Source: Micavibrio sp. UBA6145 (GTDB lineage: Bacteria > Pseudomonadota > Alphaproteobacteria > Micavibrionales > UBA1664). Taken from it: DNA of 64,000 nt. The notes under the pieces are model-generated. The model had not been told where the DNA came from, did no database searches, and was given only the letters and a program-made list of their open reading frames with translations. Positions 27,461-36,118 of the stretch are shown in pieces; within the stretch, counting starts at the first letter, position 1, and the number at the start of each line of letters is the position of its first letter. The stretch lies in assembly GCA_002423205.1 (NCBI GenBank), contig DIUZ01000020.1, positions 39,480 to 103,479 on the forward strand, written 5' to 3'. A program made the position numbers and the translations under genes.

Positions 27461-29661
27461 GCCTGTCCTTCCGGAATAAAGAGCCAGAAATGCGCGCCGT
27501 CGTATCCAGGCGGTGCCGGTACCGGGTCTTCCATGACGATGCGGCCGTCATGGTCTTCGATAATTTTTTTAACGATGGCAAGGCCCAGCCCTGTCCCCTT
27601 TGCCTTGGTCGTCACATAGGGCTCAAGCACCGCATGTCTACGGTTTGCCGGAATGCCGGGACCGGAATCGAGTACGCCCAGCCATATACCGTTATCCTGG
27701 CGATCCAGTATCAGCGCGATTTTTTTGACGGGCTGGTCAGCGACGGCGTCGACGGCGTTCTGAACCAGGTTTGTCAGTGCCTGCCGGATCTGCTGCTGGT
27801 CCGCGCGTAATGTCCACGGTCCTTCCGACTGGATAAGGTCAAATCTGACAGATGCGTTGGCGGATGACTGAAGGATGGACACCTCGCTTACCAGTGCGGC
27901 TATATCAACCGGAGCCATGACGGGGTCGGGCATTTTTGCAAAATCTGCGAACGCATTCACCATTGTTTTGATGTCATCGACATGACGCACGATGGTGTCG
28001 GTGCATTTTTCCAGTATTTCGCGTTCTGCCGGATCGGTCAGGTGATCGAGGAATTTACGTTTGATCCGTTCGGCCGATAGCTGGATGGGGGTCAGCGGGT
28101 TTTTGATTTCATGCGCGATGCGGCGGGCGACATCCGCCCATGCGGCGGATTTTTGTGCCGCGGCAAGATCGGTGATGTCGTCGAATGCCAGAATGGTGCC
28201 GTGACCGGTTTCGCCAACCAGTTCGGTGGATGCACGGACAAGGAAACTGCGCGGGGCGCCGTCGCGGCGCATGGCGGATACTTCATGTTCGCGCGATGCA
28301 CCCAGTTCAGCGCCCGGCAGCACGTCGGAAAGTTTTTGGCCGATCAGTTTTTCGTTGGATGTGCCCAGAAGTTTACCAGCGGCGGGATTAGCCAGCGTGA
28401 TGATGCCGTCTTCGTCCATGCCCATGATACCGGTGGATACACCGCCCAGAACCGTTTCGGTGAAACGGCGGCGGTAATCAAGGGTCTTGTTAGCTTCGAT
28501 CAGCTCGTTACGTTGCCGTTCTATTTCCGTGGTCATGCGGTTGAACGCGCGGCCCAGCATGACGAATTCCTGCAGGCCCTTGGTTTCGCCGACGCGTGCG
28601 GTCATGTCACCGGCGCGCAGCCGTTCGGATGCGGTGATAACCGCGCTGATCGGGTCGACCATGCGTCGGGCCAGTGCCAGACCGAACCAGACGGCAATCG
28701 CCATCAGCAACAGGACAACGATCACGTAGAGCACCGTGATCGTGAACTGAATACGGCCGGATTTGCTGGCCATTTCCTGATACTGGGTGACGGCGGCCTT
28801 GGTGGTGTCAAGGTGTGTGATCACCTGCGGGTCGACGCTTCTGCCTACGTAGAGATATGTTTCCTCACCAAATCCGCGCAGGCGGACGAGTGCGCGAATG
28901 CGGCTGTCATCTTCGGCGGTGGCGACCGCCACATTACCCGCCCGGGCCTGATCGGTCAGGGCATCCGGGATGGGGTCGAAGATCATGCTCAGTGCGATGC
29001 CGCTTTGCGCCAGAACGTGGTGGTCTTGATCAAAAATGACGGCTTCGGCAAAATTGCGCAGGAAGCTTTGGGTTGAGACCATTTTCTCAAGCGCCTTGGG
29101 GTTGATGCTGAGCGCATAGGCATCGCGGTCAAGGTCGGCGGCCATGGCGGTAATGTCCGCGCGGATCACCTGCTGGTGCTCGTTCAGATAGGCCTGTGCG
29201 ACAGCGAGCGATTCATTGACGGCCGTGCGCACGCGCGTGTCGAACCAGCCATGAAGACCGTAATAAAACAGACCGACGGAAAACACTGTCGTCAAAATGG
29301 CGGGAATGGCGACCAGAAGTGAAAATAGCCCGACAAGGCGAACCTGAAGGGCGGAGCCCGCGACGCCGCGGCGGCTGCCGGTCCACAGGGCAACAACACG
29401 CCGCGCAATGGCGACAACAAGCGCCAGCAGAACCACGAGGTCAATGTTGAGCAGCAGGATCAGTTTATTGGTGTCACCCGACAAGGGTGAATGCGCCGTC
29501 ATGGCCGTGTAGGTCAGCCCCCCCATAACGACCGCCAGAATGACCAGAAGCAATGTCAGTGGGTTGCCTAGAGCATGGCGTTCCGTCCAGGCAGCAAAAA
29601 GGGCCGCCCGGCGCAAAAGCAGGCGGCGCATATCAACGGCTGTGGTGGTGCTTGTGCTCAT
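27457..29661 (-). CDS. ntrY: Sensor histidine kinase NtrY
   Basis: 734 aa with N-terminal TM segments, then HAMP, PAS and HisKA (HEIKNPLTPIQLSAERIKRKF), and an HATPase domain (DSGPGIP...GTGLGLAIVKKIIEDHDG). Confidence 0.8.
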   Translation of the reverse strand: MSTSTTTAVDMRRLLLRRAALFAAWTERHALGNPLTLLLVILAVVMGGLTYTAMTAHSPLSGDTNKLILLLNIDLVVLLALVVAIARRVVALWTGSRRGVAGSALQVRLVGLFSLLVAIPAILTTVFSVGLFYYGLHGWFDTRVRTAVNESLAVAQAYLNEHQQVIRADITAMAADLDRDAYALSINPKALEKMVSTQSFLRNFAEAVIFDQDHHVLAQSGIALSMIFDPIPDALTDQARAGNVAVATAEDDSRIRALVRLRGFGEETYLYVGRSVDPQVITHLDTTKAAVTQYQEMASKSGRIQFTITVLYVIVVLLLMAIAVWFGLALARRMVDPISAVITASERLRAGDMTARVGETKGLQEFVMLGRAFNRMTTEIERQRNELIEANKTLDYRRRFTETVLGGVSTGIMGMDEDGIITLANPAAGKLLGTSNEKLIGQKLSDVLPGAELGASREHEVSAMRRDGAPRSFLVRASTELVGETGHGTILAFDDITDLAAAQKSAAWADVARRIAHEIKNPLTPIQLSAERIKRKFLDHLTDPAEREILEKCTDTIVRHVDDIKTMVNAFADFAKMPDPVMAPVDIAALVSEVSILQSSANASVRFDLIQSEGPWTLRADQQQIRQALTNLVQNAVDAVADQPVKKIALILDRQDNGIWLGVLDSGPGIPANRRHAVLEPYVTTKAKGTGLGLAIVKKIIEDHDGRIVMEDPVPAPPGYDGAHFWLFIPEGQA

Positions 29662-29689
29662 GGTATCGGGAGGTTATGTTTAGCGCGAT

Positions 29690-30850
29690 TTGAACGAAAA
29701 AACAAAGGATTGCGTGGTGTCGAGCTGGGGCACAATCATCGTGGCCGGGGGTAGCGGGACGCGCTTTGGCGGCGGGGTCCCGAAGCAATACGCCACCCTT
29801 GCCGGTCGCCCGGTGGTGGCCTGGTGCCTTGAAACCCTTGCAAATCAACAGCCTGCGGTCCTTGTGGTCGATCCGGCCCATGAAAAACTGTATGCCCCGG
29901 TCCTGAAAGCCTACCCCCATATCCGGATTATTCCCGGTGGCAAGACAAGGCGCGAAAGCGTCATGGCGGGTCTTTCGGCCTTCAATGACAACCCGCCCCA
30001 ATACATTCTTATCCATGATGCGGCCCGCCCGCTGGTGCCGCTGGCCTGTGTTGAGCAGTTGAAAAAGACGGTTGAGGCGGGTGCGGCATCGGCCACGCTG
30101 GCGGTACCGGTTGCTGACACGCTGATGCGCGGGACCGAAGTTGTGGACCGTAACGGCGTTCAGGCCATCCAGACGCCGCAGGCTTTCGATTATGCGATTT
30201 TGAAAGATGCGCATGCGAGCGCGACCAGGGAATATACCGACGATACGTCACTGGTGTTTGGCGAGCGTGGCATTGCCACGCAATTCGTCCCGGGATGCCC
30301 CGATAATTTTAAAATCACGACACGGGATGAGCTGGCCTGGGCAGAAAAAATGATCTATGCGGCTTATGCCGATACCCGCACCGGGCTTGGCTTTGATATT
30401 CATACCTTCGGTCCCGGCGATAAGGTGCGCCTGTTTGGCGTTGATATCCCGTCCTCCAAATCGCTGATTGGTCATTCGGATGCCGATGCGGGTTTGCATG
30501 CGATTGCCGATGCCATTCTTGGCACCATTGGCGCGGGGGATATCGGCGTATTGTTTCCGCCGTCCGATCCGCAGTGTAAGGGTATGGACAGTGCGGTGAT
30601 CGTTGAAAAGGCGCTGGCACTGCTGCACGCCAAAGGCGGCATTCTTGCACATGCGGATATCATGCTGATGAGCGAGTTTCCGCGTATCGGCCCGCACCGC
30701 GATCAAATCATTGCGCGACTTTGTGACATCTTGCATCTGCCGGCGGATGCGATTGGACTAAAGGCGACAACAACCGAAAAACTGGGTGCGATCGGGCGCG
30801 GCGAAGGACTGGCCGTGCAGGCGATTGTCACCGTAAGGATCAAACGATGA
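29690..30850 (+). CDS. ispDF: Bifunctional MEP cytidylyltransferase / MEcPP synthase
   Basis: 386 aa with an IspD N-half (IIVAGGSGTRFGG..PKQY) and an IspF C-half (GLGFDIHTFG...GHSDADAGLHAI...). Confidence 0.9.
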   Translation: MNEKTKDCVVSSWGTIIVAGGSGTRFGGGVPKQYATLAGRPVVAWCLETLANQQPAVLVVDPAHEKLYAPVLKAYPHIRIIPGGKTRRESVMAGLSAFNDNPPQYILIHDAARPLVPLACVEQLKKTVEAGAASATLAVPVADTLMRGTEVVDRNGVQAIQTPQAFDYAILKDAHASATREYTDDTSLVFGERGIATQFVPGCPDNFKITTRDELAWAEKMIYAAYADTRTGLGFDIHTFGPGDKVRLFGVDIPSSKSLIGHSDADAGLHAIADAILGTIGAGDIGVLFPPSDPQCKGMDSAVIVEKALALLHAKGGILAHADIMLMSEFPRIGPHRDQIIARLCDILHLPADAIGLKATTTEKLGAIGRGEGLAVQAIVTVRIKR

Positions 30851-31326
30851 AGCTAGATTACAAACCCCTGCCAGCAGGTCTTTCCATGAAAAATCCGGCG
30901 ACGCTGATTGCGACCGGTTTTGGTTCTGGCCGTATGTATCCGATGCCCGGTACGTGGGGGTCGATGGCTGCATGGATTGTTGCCTTCGTGGTATCCAAAC
31001 CGGTTTTGATTTTTGCTTTCATACTGGCATGTATCGGCGGCTTATGGGCTGCAAAGCATTTCGAAGATCAAAGTCATAGCCATGACAGCAATATGATCGT
31101 GATTGATGAATGGGCTGGCATGTGGCTGGCCATGCTTTTTGCCTCGTTTCTGGATCAGGCCATTCTGGCATTTGTACTTTTCCGCGCACTCGACATCATG
31201 AAGCCGGGCCTTATTGGATGGCTGGATAAAAATGTCAGCGGCGCTTGGGGCGTGATGGCCGACGACCTTGCCGCTGGTCTGGCCGCGGGCATCATTGTGT
31301 ATGGGTATGGTTTATGGATGTATTGA
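30847..31326 (+). CDS. pgpA: Phosphatidylglycerophosphatase A
   Basis: 159 aa with LIATGFGSGRMYPMPGTWGS...DIMKPGLIGWLD....GVMADDLAAG, typical of PgpA. Confidence 0.85.
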   Translation: MKLDYKPLPAGLSMKNPATLIATGFGSGRMYPMPGTWGSMAAWIVAFVVSKPVLIFAFILACIGGLWAAKHFEDQSHSHDSNMIVIDEWAGMWLAMLFASFLDQAILAFVLFRALDIMKPGLIGWLDKNVSGAWGVMADDLAAGLAAGIIVYGYGLWMY

Positions 31327-31784
31327 TTTTAAAGATTTTTGAAAAACTACAGGCCCGCAACTGGATGATTGCCACGGCGGAATCCTGCACGGGTGGGATG
31401 ATTGCATCAAAACTGACGGCTGTTCCGGGCAGTTCGCTTTATCTTGACCGCGGGTTCGTGACTTATTCCAATCAGGCCAAGATGGATATGCTGTCGGTAC
31501 CAAGCGCACTGATTGATGAATATGGTGCCGTATCGGCGCAGGTGGCCGAAGCCATGGCACAGGGCGCATTGAAGGCCAGCAGCGCCAAGATCACAGTGTC
31601 GGTCACCGGTATCGCCGGTCCGGGCGGCGGGTCTGACAAGAAGCCTGTCGGCCTTGTTTATATCGGCATTTCAACGTGGGATTCCTCCCTTACATTCAAA
31701 CATGTTTTCGAAGGTGACCGCGATGCCGTGCGCGCGCAGGCGACGCAGGCCGCACTCAACCATGTACTTGAGGCTTTGATTTGA
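31314..31784 (+). CDS. pncC: CinA C-terminal-domain protein / nicotinamide-nucleotide amidohydrolase PncC
   Basis: The ORF track starts at 31245 inside pgpA. The ATG at 31314 gives MDVLILKIFEKLQARNWMIATAESCTGGMIASKLT...GIAGPGGG..KPVGLVYIG. Confidence 0.8.
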   Translation: MDVLILKIFEKLQARNWMIATAESCTGGMIASKLTAVPGSSLYLDRGFVTYSNQAKMDMLSVPSALIDEYGAVSAQVAEAMAQGALKASSAKITVSVTGIAGPGGGSDKKPVGLVYIGISTWDSSLTFKHVFEGDRDAVRAQATQAALNHVLEALI

Positions 31785-32686
31785 TGCGTGTTGCGATTGT
31801 CACTTCGGCAGATGCCAAATACTTTCCACTTTTGTCCGAGCTTCTGGCGTCGATCATGCGTCATCGTCAGGCGCGGGATCTGGCGGCCATCTGTATTATC
31901 GATGCCGGGCTTACGGCGGAGCAGAACAAAACCCTTATGGACAAGGGCTATACCGTGGCGAACGGTATCTGGCCGGTGGAATTATCGGACAAGCGCATTG
32001 CGGGGCGTGAATTTTTAAAGGCTTGCGTATCGCGACCGTTTATCCCTGCGCTGTTTCCCGGTCATGACGTTTATGTCTGGATGGATGCCGATACATGGGT
32101 GCAGGACTGGAGTGCTATTGATCTGCTGGTTGCGGGCGCACAAAAATCCGGCATGGCCGTGGTGCCGCAGGTGGACCGGGCCTATGGCAAGACCATGCGC
32201 ATTTCGTGGTTTGGTCCCATCCCATACCGCCCGCGCAGCTTTTATTATTCCAACGCGCGTAAAAGCCTTGGCGGCAAGATGGCGCGTAAACTATTCCCCT
32301 TCCCCACCATCAATGCCGGCGTGTTCGCCATGGCCGGCAAGGCGCCGCACTGGGCGCGCTGGCAGGAGTTGATCAAACAGGTTTTGGAAAAACCGCGTGC
32401 CAATATTTTTACGGCCGAGCAACTGACTATGGGCGTTATGGCGTATGTCGACCAATATCCGACGGAACGTCTGCCATCGGTATGCAACTGGCTGTGCGAT
32501 ACCACGCCGATGTTTGATCCGTCGCGTCGCGCGTTTGTTGAGCCCAACCTGCCGCACCAGCCTATCGGCATCCTGCACCTGACCGGGCTTGATGCAATGC
32601 GCGCGGATAAAAGCATTGTCACAGATGTGCTTTTTACCGACGGCGCAACGCATCCGATGTCTCTGCGCTACGCGGATGGCGGCTGA
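31781..32686 (+). CDS. Putative nucleotide-diphospho-sugar transferase (GT8-like fold)
   Basis: 301 aa with VAIVTSADAKYFPLL..., a DxD-like motif (VWMDADTWV) and INAGVF. The resemblance to GT8-type glycosyltransferases is by eye only. Confidence 0.45.
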   Translation: MMRVAIVTSADAKYFPLLSELLASIMRHRQARDLAAICIIDAGLTAEQNKTLMDKGYTVANGIWPVELSDKRIAGREFLKACVSRPFIPALFPGHDVYVWMDADTWVQDWSAIDLLVAGAQKSGMAVVPQVDRAYGKTMRISWFGPIPYRPRSFYYSNARKSLGGKMARKLFPFPTINAGVFAMAGKAPHWARWQELIKQVLEKPRANIFTAEQLTMGVMAYVDQYPTERLPSVCNWLCDTTPMFDPSRRAFVEPNLPHQPIGILHLTGLDAMRADKSIVTDVLFTDGATHPMSLRYADGG

Positions 32687-33045
32687 TGCCAAAATCTGGG
32701 AATGACGCGGTTTTGAAAGGCCTTTATCTTCTGGCCCATTGGGACGGACAGGGTTTGAATGTCTATTTCAAAGTCGTTTCTTTAAACCAGCAGAGCGATA
32801 TTCAGAATTTTGTTTATGACGCCATGGACAAGGCTGAATTGTCCCCGGTTTCCAGTCGCATACAAAGCGACAGACGGTCCATGTCGATAACGTATGGCTT
32901 TGCGCGGGATGACTGGCATAAGGCGCAGGCATTTTGCAGGGATTTTGAGGGCCAGTACGGATATGACGCCCCTAACGCAGTCCCCTTTAACGGTCACCGT
33001 AAAGCGCGCGGCCGTGTTGTTCAAAAGCGGTCACCATCCGTTTGA
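32686..33045 (+). CDS. Hypothetical protein, start-stop coupled (TGATG) to the GT8-like gene
   Basis: 119-aa ORF whose ATG shares one base with the upstream TGA. Its 3' end overlaps the convergent SRPBCC gene by 59 nt. I recognise no family. Confidence 0.35.
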   Translation: MPKSGNDAVLKGLYLLAHWDGQGLNVYFKVVSLNQQSDIQNFVYDAMDKAELSPVSSRIQSDRRSMSITYGFARDDWHKAQAFCRDFEGQYGYDAPNAVPFNGHRKARGRVVQKRSPSV

Positions 33046-33424
33046 CGGCTTCATTAAAAAATACGCCCATTACTTTTTGAAAGACCGGATTCTTGAATTC
33101 GAAATCGACGAAGAAGTCGATGACGCAGGCATCCGGATTGCTGGGCAGGAAGCGCCAGTGATTGGATAGATATTTCAATGGCCCTTTCAGGTATTCGACA
33201 TGGATGTGGCCCGGTTTGGTCAGTGTGACCTTGGACGTGAATCGTTCACGGAACATCTTGTAGCCGATGACCAGATCGGCGTAGACGACATTGCCTTCGC
33301 GTTTCCAGATTTTGGCCTCAAGGCACCACGGCAGGAATTCCGGGTAGCTTTCAATATCGGCGACCAGATCAAACATCTGTTCGGGCGTGTGTGGCAGGGT
33401 CCTGATCTCGGCATGGGTAGGCAT
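32987..33424 (-). CDS. SRPBCC/START-fold protein (RatA / COQ10-like polyketide-cyclase family)
   Basis: The first ATG at 33424 gives MPTHAEIRTLPHTPEQMFDLVADIESYPEFLPWC.... Its position next to lipA is typical for alphaproteobacteria. Confidence 0.75.
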   Translation of the reverse strand: MPTHAEIRTLPHTPEQMFDLVADIESYPEFLPWCLEAKIWKREGNVVYADLVIGYKMFRERFTSKVTLTKPGHIHVEYLKGPLKYLSNHWRFLPSNPDACVIDFFVDFEFKNPVFQKVMGVFFNEAVKRMVTAFEQHGRALYGDR

Positions 33425-33462
33425 GCGCAAAGGTTTAGCGAAGTCAGACGGGTTTTACAATT

Positions 33463-34605
33463 TCAGGAATACTTATATTGACCGCTTTCGAGGAAACCCA
33501 CGTTCTGTTCGCGGATTTTGGCGGCTGCGTCGTCGTACAGGAAGGGTAAAAAGGCGTATCTTTTGCCTGATGTGACGCGGGAAACCTCATGCAGGAGCGA
33601 GCATGAGAACACGCAGGCACCCCCAACCGGTGGTTTAAAGGATTTCATGCCATATTCCGGGAAAGAAACTTCGCCGCCGTCGAATTCTGCATTCAGGTTG
33701 ATGGATACGGCAAAACGGCGATGTGCCGTGCCCTTCGTTGTGTTGTCGCGGTGCGCGCGGAAATGCCCCTTGGTCGCGCTATCGTAACATCCGACAAGGT
33801 AGCGTTCCATGCGGGTCACTTCGTATTGATGGACCTTTAAAATTTCCGGCACGATGCGGCGGATGACTTTTTGCTGAATGACGGTTTTCAGGGCTTCGTC
33901 CTGAATTTCAAAGTCAGACCGGCGTTTATGTCCGTAATCGGTGACGCTGATGGTCTTGCCGTCTTTTTCACGCATGAAACCGGAATCCGTGCCGCCGTCA
34001 GCCAGGTACAGATCGATCAGATGCTGGCAGAATTCGGATTCGAAAACGTTTGGAAGAATGAAGACCGGAGCCTGCACTTCAAAGCCGGGATATTTATTCA
34101 CATCGGGTAGCGTCTTCAGATACGCGGCGACGTCGTGACGTTCGCTGCCATCGGGTTTGACCGCGAAGACTTTGCGCACGCGCATGGTGGGATCGATGAC
34201 AAACCAGACCGGGCGCAGTGTAATCTTGTCTGCGCCTTCCGGCATTTCGGTGGGGGTTGATCCGTAGAGTTTGCCGATTTTGCCGTCGATGTCCCAGAAA
34301 TAACGGATACCGGGCATTTGTTCGGCGACGCGCTTTTCTTTTTCGTCGTTCGCATCATGCGTTACGCCGAAGAATGCGATTTTGTCGTCGTTGAATAGTT
34401 CGCGGTACTCGCTCAGGATTTTGAGCATGTTCTGCCCCGCAGGCTGGCCCGCGGACAGGAAAAAACACATGACAATGTAACGGCCGGCGGCGGTGTCGAA
34501 GTTGTAATCTTCGTTTGAGCTGCTGCGCTGGCGGAACCACGGTGCCGGGTCGCCCGCTTCAAGGCGTTTGAACTTAAAGGCTTTTTCGGGCGCTTTTGTA
34601 TCCAT
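33463..34605 (-). CDS. Fusion of a degenerate redoxin/AhpC-TSA-like domain and a 2OG-Fe(II) oxygenase (prolyl-4-hydroxylase-like) domain
   Basis: 380 aa. The N-half reads GDPAPWF...RYIVMCFFLSAG...IAFFGVT...GKIGKLYG. The C-half has HxD...H ligands (FRAHRDNT...SLLHEV) and GKRYAFLPFLY. Confidence 0.6.
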   Translation of the reverse strand: MDTKAPEKAFKFKRLEAGDPAPWFRQRSSSNEDYNFDTAAGRYIVMCFFLSAGQPAGQNMLKILSEYRELFNDDKIAFFGVTHDANDEKEKRVAEQMPGIRYFWDIDGKIGKLYGSTPTEMPEGADKITLRPVWFVIDPTMRVRKVFAVKPDGSERHDVAAYLKTLPDVNKYPGFEVQAPVFILPNVFESEFCQHLIDLYLADGGTDSGFMREKDGKTISVTDYGHKRRSDFEIQDEALKTVIQQKVIRRIVPEILKVHQYEVTRMERYLVGCYDSATKGHFRAHRDNTTKGTAHRRFAVSINLNAEFDGGEVSFPEYGMKSFKPPVGGACVFSCSLLHEVSRVTSGKRYAFLPFLYDDAAAKIREQNVGFLESGQYKYS

Positions 34606-34620
34606 CCCTATAAGCGTAAC

Positions 34621-35583
34621 TTATTTGGCGGGAGAATTCAGCCTAGCCTTGCGTATAGCGGTCAGCTTTACGAAATCTTCACCTGCATGATGGCTGGAGC
34701 GGGTCAGCGGCGTTGCGGACACCATTAAAAAACCCTTGTTCTTGGCCATGCGCTCATATTCCGCGAACTGTTCCGGTGTCACGAAATCCATCACCGGGTG
34801 GTGCTTGGGCGTGGGCTGGAGATACTGGCCGATGGTGATGAAATCGACATCAGCGGCGCGCAGGTCGTCCATGACCTGGCCTACCTCTTCCTTGGTTTCG
34901 CCCAGGCCGACCATGATGCCGGACTTGGTGAAGATGGACGGGTCAACGGCTTTTGCATCCTGCAAAAGTTTGAGCGAGATGAAGTAACGCGCACCGGGGC
35001 GCACCGACGGATACAGGCGCGGCACGGTTTCAAGGTTGTGGTTGAACACATCAGGGCGTGCGCGCGCGACGGTTTCAACTGCGCCCGCCTTGTTTTTGAA
35101 ATCAGGGGTCAGAATTTCAACCGTCGTTTCAGGTGAAAGACGGCGGATTTCATTGATGGTTTTGACGAAGTGCTCAGCACCGCCGTCGGCCAGATCATCG
35201 CGGTCAACGGATGTGACGACGACATGTTTGAGGCCCATTTTCTGGACGCCTATGGCAACCTTGGCCGGTTCAAACGGGTTCAGTGCATCAGGTTTGCCGG
35301 TGGCGACGTTGCAGAAGGCGCAGGCGCGCGTGCACACCTCGCCCATGATCATGAAGGTCGCGTGTTTCTTCTGCCAGCATTCGCCGATATTGGGGCAACC
35401 GGCTTCCTCGCACACAGTGGTCAGGTGCAGTTTGCGGACGATGTCGCGGGTTTCTTCGTACCCCTTGCTGGTGGGCGCCTTGACGCGGATCCAGTCCGGC
35501 TTTTTGCCGGCAGGACGGTCAGGGTTCTTTTGCTTTTCAGGATGGCGCTTGGCCGGGTCCAGCAAGTCAGGGTTATAAGTCAT
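34621..35583 (-). CDS. lipA: Lipoyl synthase
   Basis: 320 aa with the [12 protein letters not shown] and CTRACAFC clusters. Confidence 0.95.
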   Translation of the reverse strand: MTYNPDLLDPAKRHPEKQKNPDRPAGKKPDWIRVKAPTSKGYEETRDIVRKLHLTTVCEEAGCPNIGECWQKKHATFMIMGEVCTRACAFCNVATGKPDALNPFEPAKVAIGVQKMGLKHVVVTSVDRDDLADGGAEHFVKTINEIRRLSPETTVEILTPDFKNKAGAVETVARARPDVFNHNLETVPRLYPSVRPGARYFISLKLLQDAKAVDPSIFTKSGIMVGLGETKEEVGQVMDDLRAADVDFITIGQYLQPTPKHHPVMDFVTPEQFAEYERMAKNKGFLMVSATPLTRSSHHAGEDFVKLTAIRKARLNSPAK

Positions 35584-35714
35584 GGCCGGACCCTAACATT
35601 TTCTTTTTGGAATGGGCAAAAAAAGCATCTATTTCGCAGTCGCAGCAAAGACATGTTGCCAAAGCGCATGGCTACGATTATGTAATGTTTCTGCATAAAT
35701 ACGTATGAGCCCTT

Positions 35715-36116
35715 ATGTCCTTTAATTTGCCTGACAACCACGAATTTAACGGTGCTGTCCTTAAAAATGACTTTGACCGCATCGAACCGACCCTGCGTTC
35801 GGCTTTTGGTGATGTGTCCCGTTTTGGCGTGGTGGCGGAAGATAACACATCCTGCCTGATCGAGCTTCCCCGGGCCCCGCTTCTTGACCGCGTTGTGGCT
35901 GCCCCCACCAAGACCTTCACTATTCGTACCGTGGGTCATTTGCTGGGCTGTGTATTTCACATGGCAGGCGTTGCGGTTACGCATTTTGGTCCGTCGCGTA
36001 ACGGTGAAGCCATGATACTGCGTGTGTCGACAATCGGCCCCACTGAAGTGTTCAGTGACATGAGCAAGCGCCTGACCAACTCTCTGGCCCAGATCGCCCA
36101 CAGCCCAAAAATCTGA
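35715..36116 (+). CDS. Hypothetical protein
   Basis: 133-aa ORF with an ATG start. Its third-position pattern resembles the neighbouring real genes. The competing 35580..36101 minus ORF is Arg/His/Cys-rich and looks spurious. Confidence 0.45.
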   Translation: MSFNLPDNHEFNGAVLKNDFDRIEPTLRSAFGDVSRFGVVAEDNTSCLIELPRAPLLDRVVAAPTKTFTIRTVGHLLGCVFHMAGVAVTHFGPSRNGEAMILRVSTIGPTEVFSDMSKRLTNSLAQIAHSPKI

Positions 36117-36118
36117 CC

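Noticed and set aside
32987-33424. RatA-type toxin of a type II toxin-antitoxin system
   Set aside because: There is no adjacent antitoxin gene. The conserved position next to lipA and the START/SRPBCC features fit the COQ10-like housekeeping family better than a mobile TA module.
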